Virus record (IMG/VR): IMGVR_UViG_3300047561_001521 | Location: 1 to 37,883 of that record | From: a virus | Lineage: Duplodnaviria; Caudoviricetes | Reading direction: 5' to 3' (one strand) | Length of the DNA: 37,883 bases | In this document: in pieces, positions 5,609-14,515 of the stretch | Layout: each line of letters opens with the position of its first letter | Numbering within the stretch: the first letter of the stretch is position 1 | Program-made: the position numbers and the translations under genes | The notes under the pieces: model-generated | The model's database searches: none | The model's input: the letters and a program-made list of their open reading frames with translations, nothing else | Told to the model about the DNA's origin: nothing

Positions 5609-8127
5609 ACCGACCGTGACGCTCTCGCTCCATTTATTCGTCGTAATGATTGCCTATATCCATTGTTTCCCCATGCAGTATCAGCTAGAATACCGCTTAA
5701 ATTTTTGTTTGTGTTTGAAATTGCAAGGTCATCATCCTGTACTTTTAGGCCGTATCTACCAAGAACTGATTTAACATCATCGACCGCTTCACCGTATTTA
5801 CTTGGAATAAGATTACGTCCCGCAACCTCCATTTCAATCAATTCAAGCACCGACATTTTAGCCCCACCATCGAGGGAAATAATTGATTGCATAATATATG
5901 ACATACACTTCATTTCATCGGAGTCTTCGTCATCTGCTTTTGCGGATTCCCATTCCATTGAATTTATCCATGTTTCGGCCACTGTTTCATTTACAATTTC
6001 CGCTCCAGATTCCCCTAATGACCACGCACCAGCAAGCAATGTTCCGTGTTGATCGCCAAAACGTTGACCGAAACGCCGACCAAGAATTGCTGCAAAAATC
6101 CTTGCGTTATGGCGAATTATTGGAATTAGCGGGAGAGTCCTGGCGATAAGCGCCCGCCCGTTTTGCTCGGATGAAACCAATTTAATTTGTCGTTCAAATT
6201 CACGCCATTCACTTGCCGGCCTTGTATTTCCGTTTTTCAGTGGTAGAACACAAAATCTTTCTATATCAGCCCTTTGTATTAACGCAACATTGATTGATGA
6301 CACGCAAAACATTGATCTGATTTCATACGCGTTATACCCACCTTGGGCTTTTCCTTTCAGAATTTTTCCGCCATCTTCAGACGATGCAATTCTTGCCAGT
6401 GCCAAAACAGACTGAACAATTTCACGTTCATTCTTTTTGTTTTGCTCAAATTCATCAAAAACAACCGGAATTGCGTCCGATTCCAGTGCATTTCTCAATC
6501 CTGCTTCAGTTGTTCCACCCTCTGCCCGCTGAAAAACTCCGCCTAACAATGGCTTCATAAATAATTTTAGGATTGTTGATTTCCCTGTTCCAGCACCGCC
6601 AGTCAACCAAATATGCGGCCTCCAATTAAGCGCACCGCAGACAGGCGCCAGCACAATCCAACCCATCAATAGGTGGGCGCTGGCTTGGGCCTCCCAATTG
6701 AATTTGAATGCAATTTCGTAAATTTGTTTTGCGATTGCATCTGGAAGTGAATCGTTTCCAGGCCCTCGCAATGGTTTAGCGTTTTCGTAAAAATAATTAC
6801 TCTTGAATGGCTCCAGAATTGGCTGTGATTTATCGTCAATAACAAGCCGATCGCCAAGATGGAAAATTACGCGGCCATCATCAAACCACGCACCACGACC
6901 ACGAATCCGTTCTGGGTCATAAACACCATTTGATCTGCATTCACGAATCATGTCATCCACTGCGGAATCCCAGTCAATAGCGCCTGATTCCTTCTGATAA
7001 TTTCGCTTCCAGAATACAAGATCGCCCAATGAGATAAGTTTATTTTTTGTGTGTGATCCTGCTGAAATTTCAATAATTTGTCCGCCAGTATTTGGCATGT
7101 AGTAAAAATTGTCCCTATCAAAGCCAAGGCACCTGAAAGGTGCATCTGCTGGTAAAAATCTCAATCCCTCGGGTTTTTCCACCCCAGGCTCTGGCGGAAT
7201 AACTGTAACCATATTTTCGTTAATATATTTTGTTGCCTGTTCTGGTGTCCAGTCCGCATCAGCAATATCCCAGCCGGAAGGCGACCCCTCTGGTGCCCTG
7301 ACAACTGAAATTGATTGATTTAATTCGGCAAGAACTAGCTTAAGCGCCGATTCCCCTGGTTCGTCATTATCTGGCCACATTAGTATTTTCCTGTTTTTCA
7401 GTGGCACCCAGTCGGTAGATTTAACGGCCTTGCACCCTCCAGCCCATGTGGTCGCAACTGCAAATGGAAAAAGTTTTTGTGCCGCGTCTGCTGATTTTTC
7501 ACCTTCAACAACAATTACTGGGTGATCAGGGCATTTTGTTAAGAAGTGAAGATTGTACAATGGTCGCGGTGATTTCCATGCGGCATTTACCCATTTGGAG
7601 TCTATGGAATCCCAGCAATAGGGCTTAACTTCTTTGTTTCCTTTTTCGTCAACAAACCGTGCGACGTGAAACCATGTGCCACCCTCTGCCGTGTGATATG
7701 TCCAGTAATTTTCAGCATATGTATTGAAAAAAGGTTTTGCGTCAGCCGGGGGAATTGCTAATTTTTTTTCTTTTTTCTTTGGCGATTCAATTCCAAGATA
7801 TTTCTCCAGCCTTACGATTGTTACCTTGAAATCTGAATCCAAATATCTCATTAACAGATCAAATCCAGACCCACCGCCACCAGATCGATCCTTGCCGCCA
7901 CATTGATTACAGAACCACGACCCAGTTCCATTTAGATCATCAAAACGAAATCTATTCGTGCCATCGGCGCACAGCGGACAAGGCCCATGCGTGGTGGTTA
8001 AATATGTTTCAGAAATTCCGCCAAGTTCATTGAGAATTTGCGGCCATTTCCCTGTTGCCGCTTCAATTGTTTTGTTTTTGAACACGGAATTGAGTAATTG
8101 AGTTTGCGTGCTACAATGTAAAAGCAT
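5515..8127 (-). CDS. P4 alpha-like DNA primase-helicase (Zn finger + TOPRIM + P-loop helicase)
   Basis: HGPCPLC...RFRFDD..G.GSWFCNQCG Zn finger; VVEGEKSADA and WPDND TOPRIM; GGAGTGKST Walker A and VVFDE Walker B. True start may be the GTG at 8085. Confidence 0.92.
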   Translation of the reverse strand: MLLHCSTQTQLLNSVFKNKTIEAATGKWPQILNELGGISETYLTTTHGPCPLCADGTNRFRFDDLNGTGSWFCNQCGGKDRSGGGGSGFDLLMRYLDSDFKVTIVRLEKYLGIESPKKKEKKLAIPPADAKPFFNTYAENYWTYHTAEGGTWFHVARFVDEKGNKEVKPYCWDSIDSKWVNAAWKSPRPLYNLHFLTKCPDHPVIVVEGEKSADAAQKLFPFAVATTWAGGCKAVKSTDWVPLKNRKILMWPDNDEPGESALKLVLAELNQSISVVRAPEGSPSGWDIADADWTPEQATKYINENMVTVIPPEPGVEKPEGLRFLPADAPFRCLGFDRDNFYYMPNTGGQIIEISAGSHTKNKLISLGDLVFWKRNYQKESGAIDWDSAVDDMIRECRSNGVYDPERIRGRGAWFDDGRVIFHLGDRLVIDDKSQPILEPFKSNYFYENAKPLRGPGNDSLPDAIAKQIYEIAFKFNWEAQASAHLLMGWIVLAPVCGALNWRPHIWLTGGAGTGKSTILKLFMKPLLGGVFQRAEGGTTEAGLRNALESDAIPVVFDEFEQNKKNEREIVQSVLALARIASSEDGGKILKGKAQGGYNAYEIRSMFCVSSINVALIQRADIERFCVLPLKNGNTRPASEWREFERQIKLVSSEQNGRALIARTLPLIPIIRHNARIFAAILGRRFGQRFGDQHGTLLAGAWSLGESGAEIVNETVAETWINSMEWESAKADDEDSDEMKCMSYIMQSIISLDGGAKMSVLELIEMEVAGRNLIPSKYGEAVDDVKSVLGRYGLKVQDDDLAISNTNKNLSGILADTAWGNNGYRQSLRRINGARASRSVLRFPGSGPSRCTLVSLRELGIVTPSNGRYA

Positions 8128-8133
8128 TGCAAC

Positions 8134-8391
8134 TTGAAAATGGTTACGTTTGTCGGATGCGACTGGAACGGAACGCTCGGACGCGACGGAATCTATCGTG
8201 GTCTATTCAGAATTGATGGCTGGATTAAAGGAACAAGATTTATTTCTTATCACACAAAAAGCCGCGACGTAATTAAGTTCATGTCAGAATGCCGTGATAA
8301 AAAAATCTGCATTGTTGGAAAATGGAGGACTCCAGATGAATTTGCCGTCTCAGCCGTCAATTACTCCGAAGCTGGTTCGGTTTATGCGTGA
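8134..8391 (+). CDS. Hypothetical protein
   Basis: 85 aa ORF divergent from the primase; TACAAT at 8112. Confidence 0.55.
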   Translation: MKMVTFVGCDWNGTLGRDGIYRGLFRIDGWIKGTRFISYHTKSRDVIKFMSECRDKKICIVGKWRTPDEFAVSAVNYSEAGSVYA

Positions 8392-8479
8392 CGGTGGAAT
8401 GAGTGTTAAAAAGATTTCGGTGGCACTTGAAACAAGTGTTTACATGGTGAGAAAAATGCTAAGCGAAAGCCGATCTTAG
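8336..8479 (+). CDS. Small helix-turn-helix protein
   Basis: GGAGGA RBS before the ATG; GMSVKKISVALETSVYMVRKML fits an HTH pattern. Confidence 0.6.
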   Translation: MNLPSQPSITPKLVRFMRDGGMSVKKISVALETSVYMVRKMLSESRS

Positions 8480-8500
8480 CGGTCGTCCGGCAATTTAGCT

Positions 8501-8548
8501 GTTAATTTTCGTCACAGTTCTGCGACCAGACCCACTCTGGGGTATGAT
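8501..8548 (+). promoter_or_regulatory. Putative early promoter (upstream box + -10)
   Basis: GTTAATTT-TC-GTCACA, then TATGAT at 8543. Confidence 0.5.
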
Positions 8549-8572
8549 TGCGGAGTTCACACCAGAACCACC

Positions 8573-9298
8573 ATGAGAATTTCTAAAATGCGTTCACTGC
8601 TAAAACGAGCAGACCGGGCCTATCGCGGCGGCTGTCCGATTATGTCTGACCGTGAATTTGATCAGTTGGAGCGCGACCTGAGGGCCGCATGTCCCGACGC
8701 ACTGGAATTAAGAGTTCCTGGTGGTGGTAACGCAATGCTATCACTGGATAAGCCACAGGTTTTTGACTTCGTTAAGCCCGATCGTATTTACGCTATTCAG
8801 CCTAAAATTGATGGCTGCTCGCTTGCCCTGAAATATGTAAATGGTTGTTTAGTTGCTGCGTGGACTCGCTCCGGTCGTGATGTATTGAAATTTGTACGCG
8901 GAATGATTGGTGTCCCTGGTGTAATCACAACCACCAAAACTATCGAAGTTCGTGGTGAGTTGTGGTGGTCGGATCGTAATGTAGTTGCGCAAGTGCTACG
9001 GGGGCTGAAAAATGCTCCCTGTATTTTTCAAGCATTTTCTGTGATTGGCATTGATTGCGATACGGAGGCCGATGCCTTGGAATGTTTGCATGGCATGGGT
9101 TTTTTGGAGATTGAATCTTGGTTTATGTTCGGTGGTCAAATCTCCAGTGATATTTTTAGTCATCAGCGGTCCGATTATCCAACTGATGGAACCGTGATCA
9201 AAGATAATTGCAAAAAATATCAACGACAGGTGGGATCCACCAGCCGCGCCCCATTGTGGGCGATGGCGGTTAAGTATGCCGATCAATTTAATTCCTGA
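8573..9298 (+). CDS. ligA: NAD+-dependent DNA ligase, domain Ia + adenylation domain only
   Basis: AY..G.P.MSD.EFD (Ia), KIDG (motif I), TRSG, EVRGE (III), PTDGTVIK (IV), APLWAMAVKY (V); ends before the OB fold. Confidence 0.85.
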   Translation: MRISKMRSLLKRADRAYRGGCPIMSDREFDQLERDLRAACPDALELRVPGGGNAMLSLDKPQVFDFVKPDRIYAIQPKIDGCSLALKYVNGCLVAAWTRSGRDVLKFVRGMIGVPGVITTTKTIEVRGELWWSDRNVVAQVLRGLKNAPCIFQAFSVIGIDCDTEADALECLHGMGFLEIESWFMFGGQISSDIFSHQRSDYPTDGTVIKDNCKKYQRQVGSTSRAPLWAMAVKYADQFNS

Positions 9299-9373
9299 AA
9301 TGAAAACCGCTAACAAAGTGTGGTTTCCGCGATGGCCCTGAAGGGCCTGAAGTTGCCAGCGGTTAAATTTTGC

Positions 9374-9423
9374 GTTAAAAAATGTGACATTTATCGTGGC
9401 TTGCCCCTGTTTGCATTTATCAT
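9374..9423 (+). promoter_or_regulatory. Putative early promoter (HLR1-like box + -10)
   Basis: GTTAAAAA-AT-GTGACATT, then TATCAT at 9418. Confidence 0.5.
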
Positions 9424-9459
9424 TCAGGAGTGGTCACGTCACCCACTAATTTAATTTTT

Positions 9460-9762
9460 ATGGAAATCACCCAAGATCAAATTGAAGAATTTTTAGCAAT
9501 TCTCACCCACAAAGCAAATTGCAGTTATGCCTATGACGCAAATAAAAATAAAACATACACGCGTATTGCAATGGCTCCCGTTCATAACTGCAAGCTCTTG
9601 GAGTCTCAAAGGTCCGTTTATTGCTTTATTCGCAATAGCGATGGAGCAATTCTGAAAGCCGCAAGCTACAAAGCGCCCGCCAAAGGTGTGCGAGCTTGGC
9701 TGGCCGAAGTATTGATTGATTCATCCCGCGTTAGTCCCACCACCGCTTGGCTTTACAGATGA
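9460..9762 (+). CDS. Conserved phage hypothetical protein (SVxxFI...G.ILKAASxKAPAKGVR family)
   Basis: Motif common in cyanophage early genes; ATG at 9460 chosen. Confidence 0.8.
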   Translation: MEITQDQIEEFLAILTHKANCSYAYDANKNKTYTRIAMAPVHNCKLLESQRSVYCFIRNSDGAILKAASYKAPAKGVRAWLAEVLIDSSRVSPTTAWLYR

Positions 9763-9992
9763 AATTTATTGAAACTGGCAATGCCCCAATTATTACTGCC
9801 ATGACCCACACTATCAACGGCCGCCAGCTTTATTCCATCTCTATTACTCATTTTTGCGGCAATCTCCTCTGGGGCCTCCAAACCTGGCACTTAAGCCAAT
9901 GCAACGCCCTGGCCTATGGCAACCGCATGGCTGCTTATCACTACGCCAACGAGCCAGCCGGCGCTATCCGTGTTTCCGCTCAGCTTGTCTGA
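9759..9992 (+). CDS. Hypothetical protein
   Basis: ATGA overlap with the upstream stop. Confidence 0.65.
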   Translation: MKFIETGNAPIITAMTHTINGRQLYSISITHFCGNLLWGLQTWHLSQCNALAYGNRMAAYHYANEPAGAIRVSAQLV

Positions 9993-10031
9993 CCCCCACG
10001 GCCCACCAGGGCCGACCCGATAACCTATCCC

Positions 10032-10223
10032 ATGACAACCATGACCACCACCACACTCCACACCGCCAACCAGATCCTTAACTTCTTCCGCAAGCACCCC
10101 GATGTTCGGGTGATTCAGATAGTGGGCGCCTATGAAATCCACCGTGTAAAGGATGGCAGACTGGTTGGTCGCATGGCCACCTACGACCTTGCACAGTTGA
10201 AAGAGTGGGCCGCTTGCTGGTGA
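10032..10223 (+). CDS. Hypothetical protein
   Basis: 63 aa, MTT start, flanked by conserved hairpin linkers. Confidence 0.7.
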   Translation: MTTMTTTTLHTANQILNFFRKHPDVRVIQIVGAYEIHRVKDGRLVGRMATYDLAQLKEWAACW

Positions 10224-10274
10224 CCCACGGCCCGCCGGGGCCTACCAGGTATCCATTTCACCGCATTAACAACC

Positions 10275-10544
10275 ATGACTATCACCTACCGAGTTGAAGC
10301 CCACGACGACAGTCGCTGGGGGTTTGGTATTCGAGCCAACAAAAATAGCAAAATCCCTGAGTTTTGCAGCTTTAATCTTGCCGATCATTTTTTGTCCCGT
10401 ACCGAGGCAGTGCAGCTGTGCAATAAAGCCGCTCGATTGTGCGGTGGCAGTCTTAGGATCGTCGGAATTACGCCCCCTGATTTTACGGTGACGCTTGATG
10501 ATGTTGGCATAAGCGATATTGAATACCATGACCGTACGCTTTAG
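10275..10544 (+). CDS. Hypothetical protein
   Basis: 89 aa ATG ORF in the early operon. Confidence 0.65.
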   Translation: MTITYRVEAHDDSRWGFGIRANKNSKIPEFCSFNLADHFLSRTEAVQLCNKAARLCGGSLRIVGITPPDFTVTLDDVGISDIEYHDRTL

Positions 10545-10579
10545 TTTTAATTTGTAATTCATTTAATCATTTTCAAACC

Positions 10580-10882
10580 ATGGCTCAGATTGCTCAACTC
10601 ACACAAAAACACGCCATCGCTCTTGCTGAAAGCAGAATATGGGAAGAATGGGATCTGCCAATTAGGGCGCTGTTTCAAATACACCAGAACAAGTTATGCA
10701 TGCCTTTTAACGTGTTTCAAGAAGCAGTTGAGAAAACTTTGAATCGTCCTGTTTTTACTCACGAATTTAGCTCCCCTTACTTACTGGGATTGAAGAATGA
10801 ACTCATGGAATCGGTTGATTCGTCAGCGCTGGTTCAATTTGCCAAGATTATGTACGCATTCAGGCGTAATGGGGCCAAGTGA
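10580..10882 (+). CDS. Conserved phage hypothetical protein (LCMPF..F.EAVEK.L.RPVFTHE family)
   Basis: Recognisable recurring phage motif; function unknown. Confidence 0.8.
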   Translation: MAQIAQLTQKHAIALAESRIWEEWDLPIRALFQIHQNKLCMPFNVFQEAVEKTLNRPVFTHEFSSPYLLGLKNELMESVDSSALVQFAKIMYAFRRNGAK

Positions 10883-11018
10883 TGAACAGGCCGCTGATCC
10901 GCACTGCGATATAGACGCGGCCTACATGGCTTGAAATCGTCGCACAGCCTCTCAGTCGATTAAGAAATTGCAGAAATAATCAGAATACATTTATTGCAAC
11001 CAATCACGCCCTAACCCC

Positions 11019-11204
11019 ATGCCATTAGCTGATTTCATAACCCTTCCACGCCTTGAATCTGATTCCGTAACAATGAAAAGCCATTTTATTTTTATCACCC
11101 CTGACTGGGGAAGAATTGGCAACATTTCTTGGTCAAACAAATCCAGCCACAGCTTTGGCTGGGTTGAATTTCGGCGTGCATGGCACTGGAGCTGGAGTCG
11201 TTAA
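11019..11204 (+). CDS. Hypothetical Trp-rich small protein
   Basis: 61 aa ATG ORF on the operon strand. Confidence 0.45.
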   Translation: MPLADFITLPRLESDSVTMKSHFIFITPDWGRIGNISWSNKSSHSFGWVEFRRAWHWSWSR

Positions 11205-11446
11205 TAATTGCAACAATTACTGGCACTGCAACTGTTTTTGTTTTATCCTAGGCACGTCCCAAGCATTTTTCATGGATTCACACCCCGTTTATCATTTTAA
11301 TCTTTTAAGTCGGTACGGTCAACGTTGTTTTTGTTATTTTTTGCCCAAACTTTGGAAACGCCCAGGCTTTTGGATTGCTGTTTTTGTTGACACTGTTTTT
11401 TGTCCATGGATCTAAGGTTTATCCCCTGCATTCATTTCTCCAGTAA

Positions 11447-11722
11447 ATGACTCTCCCCCCCCTCACCCCCCAAGCGCAAGCGCTTTGGGACGCCTCTGGA
11501 ATGACCCGCCATGAACTAGCGCAATTACTGAGGCTCGCCATCAAATTAGACATCGAATCTGGCTGTAACCCATTAGCTTATTTTTCTTTATCAACACTGG
11601 CTTTTATTATTCACCCCCCAACACCAGCCGAGGTTTTGGAGGAAGGCTGCCAACTGGCCGACTTTGAGGCGGAGGCTTGGGACAGGTTTTTGGCCAGTAT
11701 CTCAAAACTAAACCCGTCCTAA
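11447..11722 (+). CDS. Hypothetical protein
   Basis: 91 aa; MT..LTPQAQA start resembles cyanophage accessory proteins. Confidence 0.7.
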   Translation: MTLPPLTPQAQALWDASGMTRHELAQLLRLAIKLDIESGCNPLAYFSLSTLAFIIHPPTPAEVLEEGCQLADFEAEAWDRFLASISKLNPS

Positions 11723-11756
11723 TTTCCGCAAAATTCAAACATTTTACTTTCCTCCA

Positions 11757-11957
11757 ATGACTCAAAATTTTTCTAATTGCGTTCATAAAATTGACAACCT
11801 TTATTTTGTCTACAAAATACTAAAAAATCGGTATTACGCAACACCAACTCCCAATGACGTTGTAATTGGATTAGCACCCGATCCCAACGGCCTTCGCTAC
11901 AAAACAAAAAGCCGCGCAATTGCATGTGCTAAAAAATTTTTTGGTGATACGGAATGA
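11757..11957 (+). CDS. Hypothetical protein
   Basis: 66 aa ATG ORF. Confidence 0.65.
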   Translation: MTQNFSNCVHKIDNLYFVYKILKNRYYATPTPNDVVIGLAPDPNGLRYKTKSRAIACAKKFFGDTE

Positions 11958-12107
11958 AAACTTCACACGTCGTTGGCTTTTCATTGGGACTAGCATTTAG
12001 CCTCCTAATTACTCAAAAAAATTGGATGCCGTTTTTTGAATGCAATCCAGCTATTACTACCTCATGCGCAACACATAAATCACAAAAATAAATCCTGTGT
12101 CAAAAAT

Positions 12108-12145
12108 GCGCCTCTGGATCGTATTGATCCGAGGCGCTTTCTTTT
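12108..12145 (+). terminator. Intrinsic terminator between convergent transcription units, probably bidirectional
   Basis: GCGCCTC(T)GGATC-GTATT-GATCCGAGGCGC followed by TTTCTTTT and preceded by an A run. Confidence 0.8.
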
Positions 12146-12411
12146 ACACATGAATCGTCGTAAAGAATTAACCTTCTTCTGAAAACATCATTTTCCAGTC
12201 TAAGCAAATAAAGCTCTTTTTTTTCATCTTTAGTTAGTTTCAATTGCAATAAGCATTGCCAACTCTACTCTAGCTTTTTCGCCCCTGGGTAGCCACTAAG
12301 AGGCCGTCAGCGGAAAACATTTACTTGAATCTGGCCGAAACTTTTCAAGGTGGCACTGTTCATCTGACGGCATATCACTATCGTAATATGCACATGAAAC
12401 GCAAAAGTTAT

Positions 12412-12978
12412 TCAAATTCCTAGTGCTATTTTGATTTTGATTTTAAGTTCTTCAATGCTTCCGTTGTTATGTATTATGTGATCTGGTTGAAAGTCAAATA
12501 GCTTTAGCATTTCTGATTTATGCTTACCGCAAGCTAATTCATTATGCCCCACAACGGCTACAATTTGTCCATGCAGCGATTTCACGGCGTTAATTTCCTC
12601 AATAAATCTAACGTCATCTGCAATAAATTTCTCTGCCAAGCATTCTCCTCTCCATGCGTTTACCCAAATCCCTGGTGAAATCAATTCCCTGCCCCATTCA
12701 GTTCCAAGTGTTTGCATAAGTTTTCTTCCAGTTGGCTTTCCGGCAATTAAATCAATTGGAACCTCTTTTCCGGCTGCATCGTATAAATAGAATTTTCTTT
12801 GACTGTAGCTGTATCCATGCACAATTAACAATGAATCTATCATCATTTTTAATGCTCCTGAAAATGGTCTAATCTGAAATTCTGGACAAATCTTTTTGAT
12901 TATTCTTGCGACCGTGCTTTTTCCTGCTCCAGGGCCGGACCCCCAGATGCCAATGCCGTTAATCAATGAAGTCGTCAT
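12412..12978 (-). CDS. Deoxynucleoside monophosphate kinase
   Basis: GIWG..PGAGKST P-loop, RKLMQTLGTEWGR, DDVRF..E, H.SE, IHNNGS; start MTTSLING chosen. Confidence 0.9.
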   Translation of the reverse strand: MTTSLINGIGIWGSGPGAGKSTVARIIKKICPEFQIRPFSGALKMMIDSLLIVHGYSYSQRKFYLYDAAGKEVPIDLIAGKPTGRKLMQTLGTEWGRELISPGIWVNAWRGECLAEKFIADDVRFIEEINAVKSLHGQIVAVVGHNELACGKHKSEMLKLFDFQPDHIIHNNGSIEELKIKIKIALGI

Positions 12979-13168
12979 TTGTCGGAACCTCAAGTGAGAA
13001 AGTACTTGGATAAGTGAATTGATTTTTTGCAAGTGTAAAATCAATATCAACAATTGAAAGGCCGGTTTTTTCGCAGAAATCTTGCATTAAGGCGAGAATT
13101 TCTTGCTCTATTTCCGCTTTAAGCGCCATTGCTGGCTCACCCTTGAGCAGTTCAAATTCAATGCACAT
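12959..13168 (-). CDS. Hypothetical protein
   Basis: Overlapping chain of minus-strand ORFs. Confidence 0.6.
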   Translation of the reverse strand: MCIEFELLKGEPAMALKAEIEQEILALMQDFCEKTGLSIVDIDFTLAKNQFTYPSTFSLEVPTNDDFID

Positions 13169-13583
13169 GCGGCACCTTATCCCAGTCGATCAACATTGCC
13201 GGATGAAGTGTTCCGGTGACAATTTTTTCGGCTAACTGTGTTGCCGTATTTCCTTTGATTGACTCCGCAATTGACTGAACCAGCATTTTTCTGCCGTAGC
13301 TGCCTTCCTGGTACTGGATGGTAGGAATGGCCCATGGCAACCGCTCAAAAATTGAAAAAATTGCAGCTTCACGGGCCTCCTCAAGTCTTTCAATAGTTTT
13401 TGTTATTTCAAGTCGAATTTCCTTTTCAAGTTCAAGAAAAATTGACGTGTCAATACCGTTTAGCCGTTGAATAACCTTGTCAATGTTTTCAACTGTTGCA
13501 CCGGCTGGAATTTTTTCTCCGGTTTTTTTTACGAGTTCAATTGAAATAAGGCATTTTGCCTTAGCTTCATTTGTCAGTCCCAT
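13158..13583 (-). CDS. Hypothetical protein
   Basis: 141 aa, overlaps both neighbours. Confidence 0.7.
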   Translation of the reverse strand: MGLTNEAKAKCLISIELVKKTGEKIPAGATVENIDKVIQRLNGIDTSIFLELEKEIRLEITKTIERLEEAREAAIFSIFERLPWAIPTIQYQEGSYGRKMLVQSIAESIKGNTATQLAEKIVTGTLHPAMLIDWDKVPHVH

Positions 13584-13789
13584 AGTCCTTTGTTTTCGGT
13601 GAGTTTAACAATTGAATGGTCGTAGTAGTCTTCTTTAATCTTTTCAGTGGCTTCTTTTTGATTTTTCGCTTCTATCGTTACAACGGTCAGTAACTGTGTT
13701 CTGGATTTTTTTAACGTAGCAATAAAAGAACGTGGCTCCTTCATTGCCGCACATGTTTCCCGGTAGCCTGGCGGATCGCTCCAGTTCAT
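13574..13789 (-). CDS. Hypothetical protein
   Basis: 71 aa, ATGA overlap; IEAKNQKEA motif. Confidence 0.65.
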   Translation of the reverse strand: MNWSDPPGYRETCAAMKEPRSFIATLKKSRTQLLTVVTIEAKNQKEATEKIKEDYYDHSIVKLTENKGLWD

Positions 13790-14028
13790 GCAGGTCTTTT
13801 GTATCTGGACAGTTCAAGTTGCGACACCCTTAATTTGGCTCCGTAAGATGTAGCGACTATGTAATGAGGCCAGGCCTGTCCCTCAACTCGCTCAACAATT
13901 TCAAATTCAATTGCAGGATCCTGGCATTCAACGCTGACCCTTTGCCCTTTATGAAATTTAAAGCATGGATGATTAGTTGAAATTGATGAAACAGCCCATT
14001 GCCTTGTTAAGCCTTGAAGAACTTGCAT
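13786..14028 (-). CDS. Hypothetical protein, possibly SH3-like beta fold
   Basis: KFHKGQRV...WPHY..VSQLELS pattern. Confidence 0.65.
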   Translation of the reverse strand: MQVLQGLTRQWAVSSISTNHPCFKFHKGQRVSVECQDPAIEFEIVERVEGQAWPHYIVATSYGAKLRVSQLELSRYKRPA

Positions 14029-14053
14029 AAACGTTTTGTAATGACAAATTATT

Positions 14054-14485
14054 TTACTTCAATCCCTGCCCCAAATCCATAGAAGTAGCAATTCTTATCG
14101 CGTCCTCTGGTGACCTGGCAAATCCCGCAATTCCGCCAGCCTCCTGTACGAGTCGGCACCAATTTTTCTGATTTTGCCTGGCCCTGCCAATTGGTGTTTT
14201 CATTTCAACGGAAGTAAATACAGCAATTTTCATTCCAACGTGCTCGGGAAGAATTGTGATCGTCCTCCAACCGATTAAATCACCCGATCCAATCGAAAGC
14301 CCTGCGTGAAGCGGCCTGGGATTTCTGATTACAATTGTTCCTTTTGTAAGTGTAACCGTGGAAACTCCTGTAATTTGTTTAATATCACCTTGCCAGCCAG
14401 TGCCGACATTGTTTCTTAGTAGTGTAGCTCCGGCTAATTTGCCAATTGCAAGTCTTGCTCGGTCTTGAATTTCGGATTCAAACAT
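14054..14485 (-). CDS. VRR-NUC domain nuclease
   Basis: ExxIQ, LRNNVG, GSGDLIG, SVEMKTPIGR, QxxW...GGIAG PD-(D/E)XK motifs. Confidence 0.88.
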   Translation of the reverse strand: MFESEIQDRARLAIGKLAGATLLRNNVGTGWQGDIKQITGVSTVTLTKGTIVIRNPRPLHAGLSIGSGDLIGWRTITILPEHVGMKIAVFTSVEMKTPIGRARQNQKNWCRLVQEAGGIAGFARSPEDAIRIATSMDLGQGLK

Positions 14486-14515
14486 TGAATAATTGCAATC
14501 GAAGCCAACTATACA

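Noticed and set aside
5562-7906. Plus-strand ORFs antisense to the primase-helicase
   Set aside because: Shadow ORFs of a well-supported gene, with no motifs
9299-9430. Frameshifted continuation of the ligase (OB fold)
   Set aside because: No GRTG/TPVA-like sequence found in the downstream frames, which close quickly
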